Virus record (IMG/VR): IMGVR_UViG_3300045988_165550
Coordinates: 40,311-104,310 of that record
Reading direction: 5' to 3' (one strand)
Origin: a virus
DNA: 64,000 nt
Made by a program: the position numbers and the translations under genes. The notes beneath the pieces were generated by a model that was given only the letters and a program-made list of their open reading frames with translations, searched no databases and was not told the DNA's origin. Shown here piece by piece: positions 47,283 through 54,822 of the stretch; position 1 is the first letter of the stretch, and the number at the start of each line of letters is the position of its first letter.

Positions 47283-48485
47283 ATGGATAGAAAAATATTG
47301 ATTACCGGAACCGGTATCATTTCTGCCATGGGCAGAAATACCAGAGAAGTAGCCATGAACCTTTATAAAGGTAAATGCGGGTTGCATCATAATGAATGCC
47401 GTGATAGCTATATCTCCGATTTATGTGGAGATGTTGAAAGCTGGGAAGTAGATTATGAGAAAATCCTTACTCATGCGCAATACGAGTGTATGCCTCATCA
47501 TGGTTTCTATGTGCTCGAAGCGGTATTTGAGGCGCTGAAGAAAGCGAAGGTCGGTAAGGAGTTCCTGGAAAAACATAACGTCTCCCTCATAGTAAGCAAT
47601 GATTCTGAGTGCTACGAGAGTAGACATGTAGTAGATCATGTGAACGAGGGCGACAATAATCGTTATTTGCCGGTAACAACCTTGTTTCACTCGCTCAATT
47701 CTACTATCAGCATGAATCTGGCTACTATCCTCGGTATTCATGGCTTATCACTTACCGTGAGCGCAGCCTGTGCAGGAGGTGGCCACGCCATCGGACTGGC
47801 AAAGATGTTGCTCGATAGCAAGCAGACTGAAATGGTAATTGTGATTGGTGCGCAGGAATGCGGATCTCAATACTGCATGGAAGCATTCGATGCCCTCGGT
47901 GTCTTCTCACCCGATAAGGTGCAGCCATTCGGCAAAGGCAGAAACGGATTGGCACCATCGGGAGGTGCAGCCTGCATCGTCCTCGAACCCTCGGATAGTC
48001 TTCGTCTGAAAGAAGAGAAGGTGCCTTCCTTCGCTTCCCTTTCCGGCTATGGTTTCTCTACCAATGGAAAAGCTATCACTACCCCTGATAGCTATCAGGA
48101 GGAGGTATCTATGGTGAAAGCTATCGAGAACGCAGGATTGGACGAAGGCATGATAGATGTAGTTCTTGCCCATGCTACCGGTACCCCGATGGGCGATGAA
48201 GCCGAGGCAAAGGCAATAGAGGGGATTTTCCCTATCTGCCCGAACGTAGTAGCTACAAAGGGCATGACAGGCCACGAGTGTTGGATGGCAGGTGTATCGC
48301 AAGCCGTACAAGCTACCATCATGCTTACCTATGGCCGTCTGCTCCATGCAGCCACCACCGAGGAGAACGCCTTCCCTCATCTTAACCTGGTGATGCGCCC
48401 TAAGTATTACGATCCTCATCATATTCTCTGTAATGCCTTCGGCTTTGGTGGTACCAATTCATCCTTTATCATCTCAAAAGCATAG
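47283..48485 (+). CDS. beta-ketoacyl-ACP synthase (KAS I/II, FabF/FabB-like)
   Basis: Active-site Cys163 in LTVSAACAGGGHAI (TGT 47769..47771). The His blocks VLAHATGTPMGD and KGMTGHECWMAG are both present, as are the C-terminal NAFGFGGTNSSFII and PFGKGRNGLAPSGGAACIVLE. Confidence 0.9.
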   Translation: MDRKILITGTGIISAMGRNTREVAMNLYKGKCGLHHNECRDSYISDLCGDVESWEVDYEKILTHAQYECMPHHGFYVLEAVFEALKKAKVGKEFLEKHNVSLIVSNDSECYESRHVVDHVNEGDNNRYLPVTTLFHSLNSTISMNLATILGIHGLSLTVSAACAGGGHAIGLAKMLLDSKQTEMVIVIGAQECGSQYCMEAFDALGVFSPDKVQPFGKGRNGLAPSGGAACIVLEPSDSLRLKEEKVPSFASLSGYGFSTNGKAITTPDSYQEEVSMVKAIENAGLDEGMIDVVLAHATGTPMGDEAEAKAIEGIFPICPNVVATKGMTGHECWMAGVSQAVQATIMLTYGRLLHAATTEENAFPHLNLVMRPKYYDPHHILCNAFGFGGTNSSFIISKA

Positions 48486-48487
48486 TT

Positions 48488-48733
48488 ATGAAAAAAGAAG
48501 AAATAACCTCTCGCATTATCACCATCGTGAACAGCCTGAAAACATCGTGGGTAAAACACGAAGTAACCCCTGACTCTAATCTCCGTGACGAGGTAGAACT
48601 GGAGTCTATTGACTTTCTCGATATGATCCAGCAGGTGGAAATGATGTTCCACATTAAAATCACCCCCGAAGAAGCGAAAGATTGTAAGCTCGTTTCCGAT
48701 GTAGTCAATCTCGTAATTAAAAAGAAAGAATAA
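48488..48733 (+). CDS. acyl carrier protein
   Basis: 81 aa and acidic. The helix-II phosphopantetheine-site-like motif VELESIDFLDMIQQVE carries Ser40 (TCT 48605..48607). The gene starts 2 nt after the KS stop. Confidence 0.75.
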   Translation: MKKEEITSRIITIVNSLKTSWVKHEVTPDSNLRDEVELESIDFLDMIQQVEMMFHIKITPEEAKDCKLVSDVVNLVIKKKE

Positions 48734-48734
48734 T

Positions 48735-49793
48735 ATGGCACAGAAAATCACTCTCACATCGGGTTCCGTCTTTGCCGGAAATCCGATAACTCTCGCTATT
48801 CAGCCTAATACGCTGACCTCGAAGCCTTCCTTCCATCGGGTTATCGTAGAAGTGTATTTTGACGATGGTACGGGCAGTTATGAAACTAATAAACTCACCA
48901 TCCCCGTTACCACAGAAAAAAGAGAAGTATCGCTAGATATCTCCTCTGCTCTCCGCATTTCGCTGGATAGTTACAAGTATACTGCCACCCCGTCCACCTA
49001 CCCCGTGGTAAGCTGGTATGTAAAAGCCTACGATGAGTACATGGATAGCAACGGCGAAGTGCATACCAATGCGGGCGAAGTCTATTATCCTGCCGATGGT
49101 TCCAAGGATAGTACGAAAAATCTGCGTTGCATAGCCGGGGCCTTCAGCGATATAGAGCGATTAAAGGCAGGTGCGACCCAGTCAGTAACTCTTCTCTCCT
49201 GCAAACCTACAGACACCCACGAACTCGCCGTGGTAGGTGAAAGTTTCGTCTATCCCGTCTCCTATTCTGCAGCACAGAATCTCTTGGATAGCGCAACGCT
49301 CGAAGCCCCATCATCCGAGGAAGAGGAAATCACGCAGGAAGGTGCGCAAAGCATTCACGGACACCCCATCTATGCCCTGTCAGCCTCTGAAGCTGAAGAC
49401 CGCACCACCTTCCGTTTCATTAACCGCTTCGGTTGTTTGGAGAGTATCAGTGTTCCGAAGTCTTATTCTCAGAAGATGAACGTAGAAACTACGGAGTATA
49501 CAAAAGCGATTCAGGAAACCTTTAATGAGTTCTCTCGTTCGGTTGTAGATAAGAAGAACGATAAAGAAGGCTGGCTTTTTCAAAGCGACCCTTTAACCGA
49601 AAAATGGCTGCGATGGTATTATCACGAGTTCTTGATGAGCAAGTACGTGTGGTTAAGGGCAAGCGGTATTTGGCTCCCTTGCACCATTGCCATGGAAGAT
49701 GAGATCACCATCAAGGATAACACCAACAAAGTTATGCACTCAGTTTCCTTCACTGCAAAGCTCGGTATCAACGGAAACCCTTGTCCCTACTGA
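48735..49793 (+). CDS. hypothetical tail/baseplate protein
   Basis: 352-aa ORF with an ATGGCA start, 1 nt after the ACP stop. Confidence 0.55.
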   Translation: MAQKITLTSGSVFAGNPITLAIQPNTLTSKPSFHRVIVEVYFDDGTGSYETNKLTIPVTTEKREVSLDISSALRISLDSYKYTATPSTYPVVSWYVKAYDEYMDSNGEVHTNAGEVYYPADGSKDSTKNLRCIAGAFSDIERLKAGATQSVTLLSCKPTDTHELAVVGESFVYPVSYSAAQNLLDSATLEAPSSEEEEITQEGAQSIHGHPIYALSASEAEDRTTFRFINRFGCLESISVPKSYSQKMNVETTEYTKAIQETFNEFSRSVVDKKNDKEGWLFQSDPLTEKWLRWYYHEFLMSKYVWLRASGIWLPCTIAMEDEITIKDNTNKVMHSVSFTAKLGINGNPCPY

Positions 49794-49808
49794 TAACCAA
49801 AAACCCAT

Positions 49809-49816
49809 TATCTTTG
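49809..49816 (+). promoter_or_regulatory. Bacteroidota -7 promoter box
   Basis: TATCTTTG lies 31 nt upstream of ATG 49847. Confidence 0.45.
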
Positions 49817-49846
49817 CCGTATAATCAATAAAATTCAAAAGAAAGA

Positions 49847-51976
49847 ATGGCAACAGAAGCAAAGACCACGAATTATTGGATTTCGAGCACAGCCCTCTAT
49901 ATTCAGCTCAATGCGATGGGAGAACCCGACTACACGCAGTGCAGCGTGGCATCGGGGGCTTCCATCCTTTGCTACATGCAGGGCGTTAAGGGCTTGGAAT
50001 ACGACGCAGGGCACAACTACCAGCGGTGGCCGCTTGTAGCCTACCCTTCCATCTTCCCCGATAGCGAGAAGAAATATGTGTATGCAGCGATACCCCGCAA
50101 ACGCCTCTCGGATAACGACCAGGCTACCATCGTGTTTCCTAGTCAGCGTATTGACCTCTACGGAAAAGCCATTCTTACTACCCAAGGCGAAGATGGCTCA
50201 ACAATAGAAACCGAAGGTGAGCAGATAGGTAATGAGCAGTTTTATTATATCTTCCTGCAAGGTATTATTTCGGAGGTAAAAACTGATAGCGACGGCAAAA
50301 CTAGGATGCGAGAATGGCAGCAGCATGTAGACTGCGGCAGTCTTGCCACCGATGAAGCCCTGGCAAGCGGTGGAGAAGGTCAATGGTGGAAGTATAATAG
50401 CGTGAGCGATACCGTCACCTTCCTCAAGACCATTCAGAAGGCGGATTTCGAGGCACTGGCTGCCCAATCGGCTACCATCAACAAACTTATCCTCGGCAAA
50501 AGCGAACTCACGGGCATAGCTACTGCCGAAACGCTAGAAAATAGCAACGACAAGGTGGTAACTCCTGTATACCTAGGCTTGTTTGGAGAAAGGCATTTCT
50601 TGTCGAAAGACAAAGATGATGTTGCTCATGGAACCATTACCTTTGAGAAGATACAGAAGTTTCTCGATGGTTTGATTGCTCAAAAAGAATCAGGCTTTAA
50701 AGGTGGAGCCACTTTTGGAGAGTTTATTGAAGGCATTCTGTTCGGTACGGGTGCCCGAGTTGATTCCCTCGGAAATGCCGAGTTTGAAAGCATTACGTCC
50801 CGAAGCTCCATCATCGCCAAGGAACTTATCGTGAACCGACAGACTGCGATGGAGAGCAACTTTGTCTTTACGGAAAGCGGATTGGTGGAGAAGGTAACTG
50901 AGCATGCACCGGAAAGCGAAGGTGGCAATACAACTTACACACTCCAGCTCCAGAAGCGATGGGAGAACGATTTCACGGCATTCAAGGAGAATGATGTGAT
51001 ATTAGCTTCTATCAATACGCTGCTGCAGGATGGCAAGTATTACGATATGTGGTTACGGGTACTTAGCGTGAATACGGTGAAGAATACCATCGATGTGGTT
51101 TGTTATCCGAACAATGAGGTCCCTAGCAAGAAAAACTATCCTCCCTGCGAGCTCGCAAGACTGATCCGATGGGGTAATGCTACAGACAGGGACCGACAGA
51201 GTTGTTGGTATATTTCATCGTCCGAGGGCTTACTCGTCTGGCTCGACCACGTTACCAAGCCAATCATCGATAAGAGTAATTATTCCGTAGCTATCGGCAA
51301 GCTTCCCGATGCACTGTCGTTTATCTTTGCTGATTATCCTCTTGCCGACAAGCGCGACGGAGCTTTCTATGCCAAATATCTCGCCGTGCAGAACATTCTC
51401 CAAACCGACTACGAGGGCAATGTAAAGCAAAATGTGGTGGATAGGGGGAAATGGTCGCTGGAAACCGCCCAAGGCAACAATCCTTATCGGAGTACGAATA
51501 CTGAGGTGCATGACGTATGGCACTACGGATGCCGATGGCGATGCTTGGTTGACAAGACCACGGATGAACCTAGATACGCCAGTACAGGATGGGCGTTCGT
51601 GGAAGGCAACCCTGAGTTCTCTATTGACATATCATCTTCCAATGGCTTCCGTTTCTCGAAGAATTATATCTTCGGTTGCAGGGATGATCTTGGAGAATTG
51701 CGACCTTTTACTATCATCACGATAAGAGGTATTCTCTACAACAATGATGTGACGGAGCATTTAACCAATGTTGTATGGACCCGAGATACCGGCAATCCGA
51801 CGGAAGATAACAGATGGGCGCAGCAGGTAGCGCAGCGTAAAGATCAGATTCATTTGCCACTCACGGGTAGCGACCTGGGCGACAACTGGGGCACCAACAA
51901 TCCCTGCGTCTTTAAATGCTCGGCAGAAATCAAGGATGGAGAAGTTTTAACCTCAGAATACGAAATAGAATTTTAA
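49847..51976 (+). CDS. tail/baseplate structural protein
   Basis: 709-aa ORF. Confidence 0.55.
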   Translation: MATEAKTTNYWISSTALYIQLNAMGEPDYTQCSVASGASILCYMQGVKGLEYDAGHNYQRWPLVAYPSIFPDSEKKYVYAAIPRKRLSDNDQATIVFPSQRIDLYGKAILTTQGEDGSTIETEGEQIGNEQFYYIFLQGIISEVKTDSDGKTRMREWQQHVDCGSLATDEALASGGEGQWWKYNSVSDTVTFLKTIQKADFEALAAQSATINKLILGKSELTGIATAETLENSNDKVVTPVYLGLFGERHFLSKDKDDVAHGTITFEKIQKFLDGLIAQKESGFKGGATFGEFIEGILFGTGARVDSLGNAEFESITSRSSIIAKELIVNRQTAMESNFVFTESGLVEKVTEHAPESEGGNTTYTLQLQKRWENDFTAFKENDVILASINTLLQDGKYYDMWLRVLSVNTVKNTIDVVCYPNNEVPSKKNYPPCELARLIRWGNATDRDRQSCWYISSSEGLLVWLDHVTKPIIDKSNYSVAIGKLPDALSFIFADYPLADKRDGAFYAKYLAVQNILQTDYEGNVKQNVVDRGKWSLETAQGNNPYRSTNTEVHDVWHYGCRWRCLVDKTTDEPRYASTGWAFVEGNPEFSIDISSSNGFRFSKNYIFGCRDDLGELRPFTIITIRGILYNNDVTEHLTNVVWTRDTGNPTEDNRWAQQVAQRKDQIHLPLTGSDLGDNWGTNNPCVFKCSAEIKDGEVLTSEYEIEF

Positions 51977-51987
51977 TTTTTTTAATT

Positions 51988-53172
51988 ATGGCTTTAGCAA
52001 GAAGTAACAGAAAGAAAATGGAGAAAGCTCCTGTCATTTACTCAATGCTCTGCAATATCGAAGTAATGGCAGATGGTTACACTCCTACTACGCAGAATTA
52101 CGATGCGGTCAGCGGAATCTTTTTTCCTGATTATTCGGCTTCGCCACTCAACCTTTTTCCTCGCTGCGTCTTGATTGATCCGGATTCGCCCGTAGCTTCC
52201 AAGACCTACAACAGTATGCTGAAATCGTTTGAGTGGTTTGAGGTGACGAAAAACGGAACGGTTTCCATCTATTCCAAGGGCGGTACGGTGGCTAGTGGCT
52301 ACCAAGTGATTGCATCCGGCGACTACACGGGTCAGCTCGTCGTCAAGAAAAACGGTAAGGTAGGCGAACCGAGAGCTTTGCGATTCGTAGGTATCTACGA
52401 GGAGGACGGTTACACCTACAAATTCGACCGAAGTATTCCTCTTATCACGAATGATGTGACTCCGGCAGGTTCCGAACTGATGATTGATTCACCTGCGGCA
52501 CTCGCCTACAACCCTCTCCGTATGCCCGAGCAGCAAACCATCAACGTAACCGTTATCAAGGGTACCACGGATATAACGAACGACGAGCGATGCAAGTTGA
52601 TGTGGTATCGACGTGACGCAAGGGGGACGGAAACGCCGCTCACCGCCAACGCCGATTATGATAATATCGAGGTGGTTTCCGCCGTGAAGAGCAAAAACGG
52701 CAGTATCACATCGCTGGTTATCGACCGTGAACTGATTGGTGAAGGACAGACCTACGTAGTTTACGCCATGTTCCGGGCTGATAAGAAGTTCCCTAGCTCG
52801 CCCGAGCCTTCCGATTCACGAGCCTATACCACCATCAAGCGCCAGTTTCCGCCCCTTACGTGCATCATCCGTGGCGATGGTCTCCGTTCTACGACGGATG
52901 CCAACTGCGTGAAGGCGATCGTAAGCGACAACCAGGGTGTACTCGACAACTGGAACAGATACCTTTACGCTTCATGGAAGGTGTCAGACGGAACCACGGA
53001 GATAGAAAGAGCACGCGGCGAAGAGGTGATGCTGCCTGCTGAATACGGCAAGGATTTCTTTTGCGATATTGAAGATAGAGGGACCAACAAGGTAATGGTT
53101 TCCGATACGGGTGAATGGCTTACCGATACCGATGGCAGCGTTATCATCACAAGAGATTACGAGGGTGATTGA
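51988..53172 (+). CDS. hypothetical tail protein
   Basis: The start was chosen at ATGGCT 51988 in an A/T-rich context. The track ORF 51916 would overlap the upstream gene by 61 nt. Confidence 0.55.
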   Translation: MALARSNRKKMEKAPVIYSMLCNIEVMADGYTPTTQNYDAVSGIFFPDYSASPLNLFPRCVLIDPDSPVASKTYNSMLKSFEWFEVTKNGTVSIYSKGGTVASGYQVIASGDYTGQLVVKKNGKVGEPRALRFVGIYEEDGYTYKFDRSIPLITNDVTPAGSELMIDSPAALAYNPLRMPEQQTINVTVIKGTTDITNDERCKLMWYRRDARGTETPLTANADYDNIEVVSAVKSKNGSITSLVIDRELIGEGQTYVVYAMFRADKKFPSSPEPSDSRAYTTIKRQFPPLTCIIRGDGLRSTTDANCVKAIVSDNQGVLDNWNRYLYASWKVSDGTTEIERARGEEVMLPAEYGKDFFCDIEDRGTNKVMVSDTGEWLTDTDGSVIITRDYEGD

Positions 53173-53222
53173 TACCTCGATATTTTTAATATTTAGTATT
53201 TAATGCTTAAAAGATACATATT

Positions 53223-53690
53223 ATGCCTTATTATGTTAAAGTAACAAAGAAGGTGAGAGAGGCATTGTTGCCTGCTTACCTGGTAGTGCAGAGAACCTTC
53301 GATGGTAATTATCTGCTTTTTCAGTCTGCTCTCTCTAAGGTAGAGGGTAATACACTCTCCGAAAGATGTGCCGCTGTGGGCGGTTCGCTGATTACTCCTC
53401 TAGAGGTGGCTGGCGAGGTGAACGGCACAAGCTGCGCATCCTGCTACACCCCGAAGGAATATGGCGGAGACGAGGACGAGGACACTACTGAGGATTTCCG
53501 CCCAGGAGAGAACATTGAAGTCCTTCAGCCGGGAGAGAATGTTGAAGTTCCTCAGCCGGGAGAAAATTCTGAATCTCCAAAACCTGAGAAGAATACTGAA
53601 ACCCCTACCCCATCGGAGACTGAAGCAGAGAAGAAAACAGAGTCAGAAACAGATAAAAAAGAAAGTGAGGTAACAGATGAGCAAAAGTAG
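53223..53690 (+). CDS. hypothetical protein with PGEN-repeat acidic tail
   Basis: 155-aa ORF whose C-half is encoded by 27-nt tandem repeats. Confidence 0.5.
   Translation: MPYYVKVTKKVREALLPAYLVVQRTFDGNYLLFQSALSKVEGNTLSERCAAVGGSLITPLEVAGEVNGTSCASCYTPKEYGGDEDEDTTEDFRPGENIEVLQPGENVEVPQPGENSESPKPEKNTETPTPSETEAEKKTESETDKKESEVTDEQK
53502..53582 (+). repeat. 27-nt tandem repeat x3 (coding)
   Basis: ccaggagagaacattgaagtccttcag / ccgggagagaatgttgaagttcctcag / ccgggagaaaattctgaatctccaaaa, encoding (R/Q)PGEN-x-E-x-(L/P)(Q/K) units. Confidence 0.8.
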
Positions 53691-54816
53691 TGCAACCTTC
53701 AGAATTATCAGCATCTCGAATGGTAAGACTTATTACACCATCATGCAGTGTGACCAGGGCGATATTAACCAGTTCTATGATGATAGCGGTGCAGTGTTCC
53801 CTACCTTTGGAGGAACTAACTGCCCTACGGTGATATTCCTGGTTTATGATTCAGAGAATAGTGCCAAGTCTATCGTGGTGCCTGATGCCAACATCAAGTG
53901 GTTTGTGAATGGCGTGGAACTCGCCTTCTCCGGACAGATTTCTACCAACAAATTCAACGGCAGCGAAACCGGTCATTTCAAGCGCATCACCAAAACCATT
54001 AACGGTGTAAACATCCAGTGCCTTCAGATTATCAAGAATCTGACGGGCATTAACAGTAGAAGTTCATTTGCCATCACTGCCACCGCTACGGGTTTGGTAG
54101 AGAATACAAGCACCGAACTTTCCGCCCAGTTCCCTGTGACTATTGCCTATGGTGATACATCATCCAAGAAAGTAAGAATCCAGTCTCCTGCCAGCTATAA
54201 GGGTACTCCTTTCACCATTGAGGCGAGAGGTGGACAATGCCAGATTCAGGCCGTGGTTGTAACAAACTCGGGCGAAGGCTTCACGGTGGATGGCTATTTC
54301 TTTGAATGGTTCCAGCAGAAGGACGGCGCATGGACGAACCTTAATACTGATTCGGGGGCACATACGCTTACCGTATTGGAGACGATGGTTAACGGCAGTG
54401 CGTTGTTCATGTGCAAGGTGTATAGCGACGCAGGTAAACAGAATCTCTATGGCACGGATATTTGTAGCGTCAATGATATTTCCGACCCTTGGCAGGTTTT
54501 CCCTAACCCTGTGGCTAGCGAGACGAGCGACAAGCCTGCTACGCTGGTCTGCGTAAAGGGGAGCGGTATAGCTGCTGTCTTCAAGCCTTACGTTAAATCA
54601 GGTTCCAACAAGCTTGCCGCTGACAAATGTTCATTCACCATGGGCTTGTTTAATTCAGCAGGAACCAAGCTCAACGGAAAAGATTCGGCGGGCTACAATC
54701 CTCCGTTCCTTGATTCCGATAAGAAGACGGTTTTCGTGATTCCGGAGCCGTTTATCTCAGACAATGGTGGTATTGACGGCGAGATTGTCTGTGAGATTAC
54801 CGAAACTCAAAAATAG
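53677..54816 (+). CDS. hypothetical tail protein
   Basis: 379-aa ORF that overlaps the previous gene by 14 nt. Confidence 0.55.
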   Translation: MSKSSATFRIISISNGKTYYTIMQCDQGDINQFYDDSGAVFPTFGGTNCPTVIFLVYDSENSAKSIVVPDANIKWFVNGVELAFSGQISTNKFNGSETGHFKRITKTINGVNIQCLQIIKNLTGINSRSSFAITATATGLVENTSTELSAQFPVTIAYGDTSSKKVRIQSPASYKGTPFTIEARGGQCQIQAVVVTNSGEGFTVDGYFFEWFQQKDGAWTNLNTDSGAHTLTVLETMVNGSALFMCKVYSDAGKQNLYGTDICSVNDISDPWQVFPNPVASETSDKPATLVCVKGSGIAAVFKPYVKSGSNKLAADKCSFTMGLFNSAGTKLNGKDSAGYNPPFLDSDKKTVFVIPEPFISDNGGIDGEIVCEITETQK

Positions 54817-54822
54817 TTAGTT

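Noticed and set aside
51916-51987. Upstream start for the 51988..53172 gene, giving a 61-nt overlap with the preceding gene
   Set aside because: The extension is an Arg/Ile-rich sequence overlapping the 3' end of the 709-aa gene. ATGGCT at 51988 follows an A/T-rich spacer, like other starts.
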